Source: Amphiscolops sp. MND2022
Taxonomy: Eukaryota
Direction: 5' to 3'
DNA length: 64,000 nucleotides
Assembly (NCBI GenBank): GCA_964187785.1
Contig: OZ076409.1
Location: 90,336,001 to 90,400,000 of the forward strand
A program made the translations under genes and the position numbers. Every line of letters begins with the position of its first letter. The stretch's first letter is position 1. Positions 1 through 11,418 of the stretch are shown piece after piece. The notes beneath the pieces are model-generated. The model was not told the DNA's origin. It saw nothing but the letters and a program-made list of their open reading frames with translations, and searched no databases.

Positions 1-55
1 GGTGACGCTTGATGCCTTTTCCCAGTCATTTACCAACTTTGCCTCGTCCAAACAT
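1..55 (-). pseudogene. Second copy of the H4-like start, with a premature stop
   Basis: ATG TTT GGA CGA GGC AAA GTT GGT AAA TGA CTG GGA AAA GGC ATC AAG CGT CAC; runs off the window. Confidence 0.7.
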
Positions 56-1444
56 GTTGTTGTTTAGCTTTGTGTTGTGTTATTGAAGACAAAAAACCTC
101 TGTCGGTCTAGTAGTAGTCTGCCCAGCTGTAGGCAATACCCTCCGCCTGTTGTCCGCAAAATGTGGCGAATACCATTACTTGGAAACGCGTTGACCAAGA
201 TAAGGACAGGAAAGTCCACTCGATGTAACCCAGAAAAATTGTACACAACCTGTCTACATCAAATCCGCCCAAGATTTAATTTCTAAAATGAATGACAAAC
301 GTTGAAAATTTTCTGAAAGTTTTCTGAAACGTTTGAAAGTCTGTCCGGCTTAAATTTTCAATGTTTGAACTGATTTCATCTTCATAGTAAATGATGGGCT
401 CATTCTCTCCTCTCTATCGAGTTTGTTCATTCAGATGTTGGGCAAAATAATAGTCTTCAACAGATTCAGTGAAATCGTATCCTTCAGAAATTTCACCTGA
501 GGGCTGGTGGGGTTGCTAGATGATTGTCGGATAGTTGAATGTGAAAATGTCTGTTCCATCGTCTGAGCGGTATTTATTATCTTTGCGAAATTTGTCTTTT
601 TACAAGGTATACTTAGACACTGATCAAATCTTCGAACTTCGTTTTCAAATCCACTTCATCGAACTCAAGGGCTTTGTTCATATACAGTAACATAGCTCCG
701 TCTGTGTTATTTTTCAAGTTCTTGTAAATTATTGCCTAGTTTCCATCTGAGTGTCCTTTCGGTGGAAGTTGAATATAAGAGGCGATCACATTATGATTTT
801 TAGATTTGACTTTCGGAACCCCGAAAATCATCGGATTCTCATTTTTGAGTGTCATGTTGAGTTAGTTCCCACGGCTAATTTCTCAGCTGGTCTGCATTGA
901 ATAGAAGCAATTGAGTTTTGGTTATTTGATTGTAGTTGGTAGTTTTGGAACTTCTTGATTTTTGGGTCCAATCCAACGTTTCGACCCATTTCAAACATTT
1001 CTTCTGAATTTCTTCTGGATAGTCAGAGCGGATGATCGTGTATAAGTATTGGGTTTCTGCTTGCGCTAGTTCCGCATTTTTGGAATTGAGTTCTGTTTCA
1101 CATTTGTACTGGAAGGTGATTCTGAGAGGCCTTGATTTTCTCGAGCATATCAAGGCGGCGGATATCTGTCGTTTTAAGTTCTATGTCCGGGGCATCGAAG
1201 CAAATTTCCTTAAAGCATTTCTTATCGTGTTTCTTGTGTTTGTCTCCGTCATTTTTCTTTTGCGCTCTGGTCTGCCTGTAAATAATAGGGCTCATTTCTC
1301 GCTGGTCCGTCTCTACTTCTCTTTTTTGAATATCGGGTGCGTCTTCTATTACAATACGGAAATCAAAAAGCACGTTATTATGTTGTTTTTCATTGTCTTT
1401 CTTGGCTTGAGCTAGGTTGGATACATTGTTATCATATTATTTTT

Positions 1445-1715
1445 TGAAAACTTCAATTATTTCTTCACTAAAAGAAATTGATAACTTGTTTTTTTTCCTT
1501 TCGTTGTTAATGCTCGCAGTTATGACACTGTTTTCCGGAGCAGACACATGAGACTGTTCTTCGGCATCATCTAATACAGCCTATAGACGACACTGTCCTC
1601 GAATACGACCAGTTGACGCTGGCTTTGTGATTCTCTGGAGGTCTTCTCGAAAGATATTTTGGTGACGCTTGATGCCTTTTCCCAGTCCTTTTCCAACTTT
1701 GCCTCGTCCAAACAT
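1445..1715 (-). pseudogene. Divergent histone H4-like remnant
   Basis: ATG at 1715 gives [33 protein letters not shown], 22/34 identical to the canonical H4 N-terminus. Stops and frameshifts follow, with a weak H4-like ENSVITASINNERKKKQVI. Not in the ORF track. Confidence 0.75.
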
Positions 1716-1866
1716 GTTGTTGTTTAGCTTTGTGTTGGGCTATTGAAGACAAAAAACCCCTGTCGATCTAGTAGTAGTCTGCCCAGCTCTAGGCAATACC
1801 CTCCGCCTGTTGTCCGCAAAATGTGGCGAATACCATTACTTGGAATTGCGTTGACCAAGATAAGGA

Positions 1867-2066
1867 NNNNNNNNNNNNNNNNNNNNNNNNNNNNNNNNNN
1901 NNNNNNNNNNNNNNNNNNNNNNNNNNNNNNNNNNNNNNNNNNNNNNNNNNNNNNNNNNNNNNNNNNNNNNNNNNNNNNNNNNNNNNNNNNNNNNNNNNNN
2001 NNNNNNNNNNNNNNNNNNNNNNNNNNNNNNNNNNNNNNNNNNNNNNNNNNNNNNNNNNNNNNNNNN
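1867..2066. other. Assembly gap (200 N)
   Basis: Run of N of round length, so a scaffold join; adjacency across it is not guaranteed. Confidence 0.99.
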
Positions 2067-2179
2067 ATTTTCAGTTAGTTTATTATAATACAATCTAATA
2101 ATTTTTATACAAAGTAACATGTACAGTATACCGTTTGTGTGTGTTTATTCAATTGGAGACTTTGGGTTGGGTTCAAAAT

Positions 2180-4900
2180 CATCAAAAAGATTCAAAGCTA
2201 GCTTATCTTGCTTCTGAACAGTTAAATTGTGAGCATCTGAACGGATAGCAAATTTAGTTGCAGTTGTTGTTTGAGAATTGAATAATGAATTATAATACCT
2301 TTCCTTCTTGGGAGACTTTTGGATTCCTTTTTGTTTAGAATTTTCTTTTACCGGGGGCACTTCGCATGAAATAAAAGAATAGGCGTTTGACTTTGATCTC
2401 AAAGCTATGAAGTTGTCTAATTCAAAAATTGGTGATGTTTCTATATTCATTTTACCTATAACTTTCTAATTTTTCAAATCATATAGTTGATGGTTTTTAT
2501 CCAATTCACTGAAATCAAAAACATCTTTGAAATATTCTAAGTCTTTTAAAAGGTTTGTAGTTTTTATACTTAGGATGAACGGATCTGTATCCATATATTT
2601 CAGTTTGATTCCAGAATCGTAGTATGGTTGAAATTTGTGATAAAACTCATACAATAACAATTTACTCAGTTCTAGATCAGAGAATCCCAGGTAAAATGGT
2701 TTATCAAATGTTATCTTTTTTTGTCATATTGGTATAAGCTAAAATCATTATAATCTTGTGACATTCCTTTGAAGCTTAACTTCGACTGTCTTTTTATTTT
2801 TTGATCAAATTCAGTAATTGGGATAATGTCTATAATTCTTCTTTCTCTTACATTATCCTAGTCTTACCAAAGAAAGCATTGTTCATTAATTTATAAAGAT
2901 CCTTTTCAAAGTTTGTTTTTGCTTTGGTGGGTTTTTGGGTGTTACGATTAATGTATTTTTCTACCTAAAGTGATTGTTTGAATCTGTAAATCGTATGTAT
3001 CTCTGTTACTTTCATCCCTTGGTGAATGTAAAACTTGAACATCCTGTGGTGCATCATGTTTTTTTGTTTGTTTTTTAGGTCACACATGAGCTTCTCAGTT
3101 GGTTTGTAATTGGGTTGTTTCACACTATTCATATAACCTGACAAAAGATTAGGATCTGCTTTTGTTTGACAAGGACAAAGTGGAAAAATTTCGGTTTTTT
3201 CTTTAATTTCAGCTGGATATTTTAAATCACATTCTATGAAGAATCCATATATTGTTGTCATGGAATAAATCTCAAATCTTCTACTTTTTGTTCTAGTTCA
3301 TACTCTTCTGGAAAATATAGTTTTTCAAATGTGCCTGTAGGAAGGTATTAACTCATTGCCCATCCATAAAGATTTTTTGCATCAATGTCTAAAAGTTTTG
3401 TATTTTCATCTGATTCAATACCGGAGGTACCGGAGGCGCTGTGCGTGCTTTGCACATACATATCACCCATATCATTTAAAATTCCTCCACGGATATTGTT
3501 TTCCAAAAATAACTACAAGTGCTTGACTTTTATGAAATCTAATTTGATTTTGGTCATCTTCAAACCAGCTTTCCATGTATAACCTGGTGCTGAGTAACTG
3601 TACAAGGGATTAATACTATACATAAGAGTAGACTTCTCAACAAAGTTCTCAAAGAGATCAGCTAATTGTAGAACATCCATTTTTAAGTATCACATAGTTA
3701 ATCGTTGTCCGTTCTTTATTATAATAAACTTTTTTATTAATTTTCTTGTGTACGGTTAATTTCTTCATCTGATGGATAAGGTTGTTTTAGTGTTGACCAA
3801 AAGTCTTCTTTTGTTAGATTAAGTGACTGGTGAAAATTACCGAGGGCGCTTTGCGTATTTAACATAAGGATAAGCCAATATCTCTTTGAGTAAATCATCA
3901 GCAAGACAATTTTCATCCATTATTGGTAAGCTGTCTAAACTCTTAACAAATTTATCTACACGACTACTTAGAAAACGGTATGAGTCTAAAAACCTTAAAC
4001 AGCCTACTCGAACTGATACATAATTTTCCATTGACTTTGAGCGTAATTTTGGTTCATACCCCCTTTTATAAGCTTGTGTTAAGAGTTCTTCAAAAATTAA
4101 ATGACAATCATACCCAGAAATGTTATGGAAAAATATAGGAATAAAACTTGATGACTTTTGGTTACAAATTATGTTACATATATTATGAGCTGCATCTCTG
4201 TATTTCCCTGTAAGATGATCATGAACTCGGTACTTTCAGTAAAAGGCTCTTCGCATTCAGCATAGCTGGTTTCGCAAAGCCAACAGATGGTGGATTGTTG
4301 AAATGATTCTTCTTCTTCAGGAGTTATTTCTAATTCTTAACTTGTTTTAAAATAGTTACCAGCAATTTTTTGAAGTCAACATTTCATTTACAAGCCATGT
4401 TACACAATCTACTCCAAAGTATGAGTAATACTTGTTTCCGGGTGGTGAAATTAAATAAAATCCTACTGCAATTGGAATTTGTTTAAATAATACTTTGGTA
4501 TCATTTGTGGATTGAATAATACATTCGAAATCTGCATATACACTTATTAGTACAGGAACTTTCATATGATAATCTTAAAATTTTAGAAGATCCTTCCAAC
4601 TGAATGTGATATCATTTGGTTGTTGATTTATACATCTTTTTGTTTGATCAGGTAGAACCGGTTCTGAACTGAATGCTGCTAGACAACTTCTACATATAGT
4701 TTCATATGTGAACTTTATTTATTAGACAATGCAACTTTGTTATTAGACAATAGTGATTTTCATACAATAACAAATCCATTTGTGGTTGTAAGTAATTTTT
4801 GTTAATGTGGATTGGTGTTAGTACAGTTCCAGTGAGTTCAAATACAGTTATACGCAGTCCGATACCAAAGACGCTTTGCGTATTTGAATTTTCAAACTTG
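2180..4900 (-). pseudogene. Degenerate protein-primed DNA polymerase B of Polinton/Maverick (adintovirus-like) type
   Basis: Motifs in the expected order across shifted frames: DLLLYENHYCLI, VYADFECI (ExoI), HDHLTGKYRDAAHNICN (endoVII-like), IFFHNISGYDCHLI (ExoII), LRFLDSYRFL, DAKNLYGCAMS..LPTG, GFFIECDLKYP, KLMNNAFFGKT, YMDTDPF, KLALNLFDD. Many stops. Confidence 0.88.
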
Positions 4901-6811
4901 GGAATGTCTTTAACTTTTCATTTTTCTCACCTGCGAAAGGTGCGGAAATTTGCGAAAGGTGCCAAAGGTGAGTTCAAGGTGCGAAAATTTGTCAGAGAAA
5001 AAGTTGTTCATACCGGAGGTGCTTTGCATTTTCTGGATGTCTCCAATTTGGATCCCGTGACGTTTTACGGTAGAACAAACCAGTCTTGAGAAAAATGAGA
5101 AAAACCCATTTTTCACACCTGTTTTCTCACCTGGTAATCAGTGGGTCCAAGATACAGAAAACTTTCTCTTCAAAAAATTGTGTATCTTGTTATTGTCAAC
5201 AATTTTCCTCTCATGAGTCGGTATAGTAGAATGAGTTAGTCTCGAGAATTGTGAGAAAAACCCTATTTTCACACCTGTTTTGGCACCTGGTAGTTAGTGG
5301 GTTGATTTTTTAGAAAATCCCTCAGGAACAAAATGTGTGTAACTTTTGAATATCTACAACTTGTGTTCCTGATGTTTTTCTCTCAAAAGATTTCCCGTTG
5401 AGTTGTTAGGTAAATCATCCTTTCCCATGTGTTAAGATTAGGTATAAAAAGGAACTGAATGAAAAAAATTTCCGAGCAACATCACACTAGATGACATCAT
5501 AGTCAAATCTTTGAACTTACTGAAAAGTTTCCGAAATTTTTGTGTCGTGTGCTCATTTGAAACGTGGTGAATCGTCGGATTTCAAATTTTTTACATGCTT
5601 TAACATGGTGAAAAAGCCGGCAAGTTTAGAGAAACCGATATGAAAATAAAAAAATTATCGTTTTTTAATTTTCTTATCGGAAATAATACAACTAAGTTGC
5701 CGCCGGTAAAGTAGCTAAATTTGGATTGTTTCCACTTGTGCGCATTTGTTATTCCACTTGAATGCTGCTTTCATTCCGAAAAATTTTGCTTCACAAATTT
5801 TCTCTATTACTATACAGAATGCGTAATGGAGGTTAGTGAATTTTTCCTTCTTACAAAAATTTTCGACGAATTTTGTTCATCAATTTTTTTACAGCTTTGC
5901 TGGCTTTGTAGTTCATGCATATGTCTGTCAATTTTTTAGTTGTGAAAAACGCTAATTCTTAATGATTTACCGTGAAAATATGCTTGTTTTTGTTCTATAT
6001 TTGTATTTGAAAATATTGTATCTGGATCGGTAATTTGCCTACTACTCTAGGGTACCATTTTACCGTTCTTTTTGACTTTGTCAGTTTTATCAAATCCCTT
6101 AAGAAAGTTAAGTTCTGTTTTCTCTGTCTTTTTTTTCAGCTGAGAAACGTTTTACTAACCTGAACATTTTCACCAGCCCGAATTCATGTTTTTTTCAGAC
6201 ATTGTGAAATTGTGCTAAAAATAGCGAGCTAAACAGCACTCCAATATTTTTAAACTTCAGTCTAGTCAAAATTGGAAGAACACTGCTCGGGGTTGGTTCA
6301 ACGAAGTTGGATAAACATCTTCTTCAAGTATTTTTGGTTTCTTTACTGTGCTGTGTTTCGCTCAAAGAGCGACTTTCTCACCCGTAATGGACTCCTTCTC
6401 AACCCAGAAACCGTTTCGCATAGCTTCTCAGTTTTTCTATTTACGTTTTCGTGCTCTCTGCCTTCCGTTTATTGTGCTGATTAGTACACGCAATTTGCAA
6501 TTTCCTCTACTGTTTGGTATAGTAGTTAGAGAACTTATCACTTTTTTTGAAAAAAAAGTAAATTCAAATTTTTTAAATTTCTCTGAAGAGTCACTCCTCC
6601 AATTTTCTTGACATTTGGAACAAACTGGATAATCAAAAGATTGTCGTTTTTCGGCACTATGCAGTTTTTTCAATTTGTTCTTATCGAAGCCTCCTCCACT
6701 TATATTAGGAACGAAATGTTTCGCTTTTTGCGGGCATTGAAGACACCTTAGGGTTTTCGGCGCTATGCGACATTTTCCGGAAGAAAATCCGAAATATTTA
6801 TCAGAAAAGTG

Positions 6812-7267
6812 GGACCATGTCATCTTTTTCCCCCTGTTGTACACCTTGTTGGGAATTACCCCCCCCCAACACGAAAACACATTTTGTTCTTGATTGAAAT
6901 TATTTCACTAATAAGAGAATATTATACGAATGTTTTTAGTTGGAGGATTGTTTCTACAACTGTTTGGAAACTTCAGGTAAAAAAAATTACCGTAATTGTT
7001 TGATAATATTGTGCAAAATAGCAAAAATTCACGTTTGGAACAAGCTAAAATTGTTCAAAAAGGCACCTGTTTCAGCGCAAACATTGTCCGCTATAAAATC
7101 TAATGAGCAACTTTTAACTGACAGTCAATGTAATGGATAGGATTATGTCGACGTCAATTATTTTATTGCTCTAAAATTGCAACGTAAACGATGTCGACAT
7201 AATGGTATTTGAAGTTCTCTCTTATTTCCCCCTGCAGTTTGGGGGGGGGGAATAGATGACATGGTCC
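6812..7267. mobile_element. MITE with GG..CC TIRs and 8-bp TSD (Merlin-like)
   Basis: Ends ggaccatgtcatctttttcccc / ggggaatagatgacatggtcc; TSD GAAAAGTG at 6804-6811 and 7268-7275. Lies within a HINE-like repeat whose 3' end is near 7430. Confidence 0.8.
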
Positions 7268-9689
7268 GAAAAGTGTTTCCAGTCGGAGAAAGTGGTTTCC
7301 GAGTCTTATCGTGCATGGGTGTTTCAGAACTGTTTTACGTGTTTTTCTTAAAAACGTCATTGCCATATTTCAAACTTTTTGCCCTTTTTAGGCTTAGATC
7401 TAGCGCCGACTTTAGACGTTCCCATCTTTTTGAGTTAAACTGTGGGCTACAAAAGTGAATACACAGTAATTTCTTTTCGTTGAACGCGGTAAACATGAAA
7501 TGCCCGTATTTGAAGTTCATTCTCCCAAAACGTTTCCATCATATCAATCGGGTTGAAATAACCAATAAGTGGTCATTGCTTTTTCTAAAGTACATTTTAC
7601 CATTGGCGATGTTCTTTATGAATTTCACTCAATGGATCCCTACAACGTGGAATTGCTTCCAAATATCAAAATGGCAGCCCGTTTTACCTTTGTTTTGAAT
7701 TTAACAAGTTCTTACAATGGTCAATGTTGAATTTTTCTACCTTTGTTGGTTTGGTCGGACAAGCAAGTAAGTCCAACCACCTTACATGCCCTCGTTTTGT
7801 GACGAAAGCGACTGAAAGAAAAATCAGTCATAATTTGTTGAGCATAATATGCAAAATCTAAACATTTGATGATATGAACTGTCAATTATTACCCAAATCA
7901 ATTTTCCCAAATTAGTTTCAGCATTGTTTTAGCTTTGCTAATACAGATGACACTAGGGATGTTTCGTTTTCAGACCGTTTCAGTAAAAAATATCAGAAAC
8001 TTTTGGAGATCATGATTAGGCAAAGAAAAGAAAACTGTAAACAAGAAGCCCGCTGAGCAGTGAGATATTTGCCGCCCCGAACTGTTCTACAGCTACATAA
8101 ATTTGAGGCTCAAGAATAGCCAATGCATTATGAAAACGCAAAAAAGTTCGAAGAAAAGAGCTTTGATTTATCTGAGCTCACTTTTTTAGGGAAACACGTA
8201 AGTTTCTATTTTCCGCCATTTTTCGTATTTTTTGCACTATGCGTCTTACCAATTAAAGAGAATATTTCGGGAGTTTTTTTCAATCAAATTTCGAAAAACA
8301 TTCTTGCACTTTCTAGCTTTGCTGATTTCTGTGAAGGAAATAGGTTTCCGGAGTCTTGAGGGTGACCTTTTGTTACTTTTGATCACGCAGAACTGATGAG
8401 TTTTCTTCTTGATTGTGGAAAATACCTCATATCAGTGTTTTGGCTCTGTGCGTATTTCCGAAACTTTTATTTGGTCGAAGGGTGCCCCCTTGCTTTCATA
8501 ACTGATTTCGGCTTGAGAAAAGTAGTTTTGCGAGCTGAAAAATGTTTCGCCAATCGCGAACTCTACCGAAACAAAATTACAATATTGGATGTTTTGTGAT
8601 TCCTGTTGGGGAAAAAGTGGTTTCTGTATCTCAGGCGTATTTCTTGGCGTAATGTTTGGCACTGAAAAAATGATTTCTGATGAAATCATTCTTTCCCAAA
8701 ATGTGTTTTGAATACTCCATTGTTTCAACGCTCAGGTCAATGAAATTTCACGTTTACCTAAACTTCCGGGGTTTAAACAAAATTTGAGTTTAATTTGTCA
8801 TAAACCTGCTTTTTTGTTGTTTCATGTATTTTGAGTTGTTTTTTGGGTCAATTCCATCAAAAATTGCAATTCTATCTTCCTTCAAAATTCCTTACTGGAT
8901 ACCAGAAAAATTCACTGTTGACTTTTCTAAACCATTTTATGCTAGGAAAGAGTTCAAAAAATGTACAAAAGCTACCCAAAAATGTCAAAAAAACTAGAAA
9001 ATTCTCAGTTTTTGCAATATTTATGTCATTAGGGGGATACTTTCTTTTATAAAAGATGCAACTTTCTATTTGAAAAACGTGCTGTGGACCTAGTTCTACC
9101 GTCTAGAGTTCTTCGAAACTTATATTTTACCGAAATTTTTAATGTCAAATAAAAATTCACTGGAAATAACAGAAATCGGATAAAATTTTTGAAAATTTCG
9201 GCAATTTGCGGACAATTTTGAGCCATTTTCCAACCGAAGTCTTTCATTTAAGCGCCCACTGAATTATGAGTTCAAACTTTCTTAAACGTTTCAATCATTC
9301 TGGATCCAAAACGGTTCAAAAAGTACAAATAAAAGCGAGCGAGAATGTTGAAATTTTTTGACTCATTTTGAGTCATTCTATAGTGTTTTTGAAGCAAAAC
9401 GCTGCAACGTTTTCCTCAAAAAAAGTAATGCAAAGCTCGTACTTTCGTTTTTGGTTGTGTTGAACTTATAACGGAAGCTCTTGGAGTTTGTACAGATATT
9501 GCATTGAAAAGGACAAAAACTTCAACTTTTTCGACAATTTCAGGGTCAATTTAGGCATCAAAAATTCAACTTATCTCTTGACGAGAGATCACAAAAATAA
9601 CTAAATTTCTCATTTTTAATGTATGTATTATTTTCGTATACGAAGTCTATCGATAGAATGAGAAAAATTATTTGGAAATGGTGAAACTT

Positions 9690-10330
9690 GGAAAATTTTC
9701 GAATTTCTGTCTATTTCGATGTCATTTCCAAACCTTTTTCATTTGAAAAACCATGTATATCTTCACCGAGAACACTGGACAACACATTCTTTCCTTGTGG
9801 ACCCTTTTCAACATTCCAATCAACGAAGTCTGTCGAAAATTGAGAAAATTGTACAAAAACTTGAATGTTTTGGGATTTTTGTCATTTTCGGTGTGAATTT
9901 GATGTTTTTTAAAATTAAAAAACTGCTATTATAAAAACGATAAAAACTGGGAAATTTTCGGTTTTTTTGTCATTTTCTGTGTTAATTTGAGACTTTTTCC
10001 ATCGAGAAAACTGCAATTATCTCTTCATAGAAGCCTACTGGACACCAAATTTTTGCCTTGTTGTACAGTGTCAATATTCTAATCCACGAAGGTTATCAAA
10101 AATTTGACAAAATTTGCAGAAAAACGTTTAAAATCGGGAATTTTTAGTTTTTTGTCCTTTTCGGTGTCAATTTAGTATCTTTTTCGTTTGGAAAACAGCG
10201 TTTATCTTTTTATGGAAGCCTACTGGACGACAAATTTGTGCCTTGCTGAAGCTTTTCATCACTCTAATCCACGATATCTATCGAAAAATTGACAAAAAGT
10301 GCTTTAAAACGTCAAAAATTGGAACTTTGT
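9690..10330. repeat. Diverged tandem repeats (about 3 units, about 185-260 bp)
   Basis: Recurring blocks ttttgtcattttc.gtgt.aattt and ctactggac (about 9775, 10036, 10220); probably the interior of an old non-autonomous element. Confidence 0.55.
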
Positions 10331-11418
10331 TCAAATTTTCTCATTTTTGGGGTCATGTTTGGGTCATTCTGGGGTCCTTGGGGTTAACTAAAAAAGTCCA
10401 GAATTCTCCACAAATGCATATCGCACGAAGCTAATATTATGTGAGGTGAATTTTATGGGTAACATCGAAGTTAAATATAGATTTAGTGCTTGGCAATTTT
10501 GTGAAAAAACGTTTGTTTAAATATTTTCCTTTCCCATATGGAATATGGGCGGGAAAAAATAACAGCCCTCAAACATTGAACTCAAATTCATCAAATGAGG
10601 GCCTCCATGGTGAGGGCCTTGCATTTCTACAAAAACTTTTTATGTTCAAAAATTCAAGAAAACTGTGATATACTAGGTGTGCGTAAACCTTTGGTCCCAT
10701 ATTGTAGTTCAGTACAAAGGGCATGTAGTGAAAAGGAAACAAGACTGTCAACTCAATATGAGCTGTTCATTATCACATATAATTAATTTCAATAATTGTC
10801 TGAGAATTTTTCAAGAGATGTAAATAATTTTTCTTCTTGGCAACCATCAATATATTTTGATTGCTATAGTTTTGTCAGCTAATATTATTGTAAATATCCG
10901 TGTTTTTCATTTCAGTGAAGAAGTTGATGTATATTTATGTGGAAAAAATGAACTTCTTCAAGCTACTCTGTGTTTATGTCTCTCCTAAAGTAAAAGTTAA
11001 AATTATAAAATAATTTTGATTAAAACATTTTCTTCAGCCATGTGAACCAGTGTTGATTTTTTGAAGTGAACTAAAAACGGAAAAAAATATATTTCGTCAA
11101 CTTCTACCCTCATTGGTTTCTTGACTTCCGCTGACGGAGAAGAATTTAGGAGATTTTGAACCTAAATGGAAGAAACTCTTTCGGCAGAAACTCAGCGAAA
11201 TCATTATTGTGTTCTTGTGTTTTTCAAAGCGAATCGAAAATTCGATCGAGAAATTGACTGCTAAAATGGGAATGAACACCAGAATGGACATTTTGAAAAG
11301 TTGAAATCAAATTTTTGAAGTTATGAAGAAAGAATATAAAATCAAAAATATGAAAATAGTAAAATATCAATTTTGAATAATGTCACTACAATTATGTCGC
11401 AACTGTTTGCGGGTGCTT

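Larger units (their letters stand above)
1..1866. repeat. 1660-bp-period direct duplication, cut by the window start and the N gap
   Basis: 1-206 recurs nearly identically at 1661-1866 (ggtgacgcttgatgccttttcccagtc...gttgaccaagataagga). Confidence 0.9.

Noticed and set aside
1743..2120. ORFs containing runs of X
   Set aside because: Artefacts of the N gap.
8390..8430. CTGATGA hammerhead-like core (also looked for in the tandem arrays)
   Set aside because: No correctly placed GAAA or closing stems seen by eye; an Infernal search would be needed to exclude it fully.
7778..10730. Possible large CACTA/Transib-like element (caccttacatgccct ... agggcatgtagtg)
   Set aside because: The TIR match is short and imperfect and no TSD is visible.
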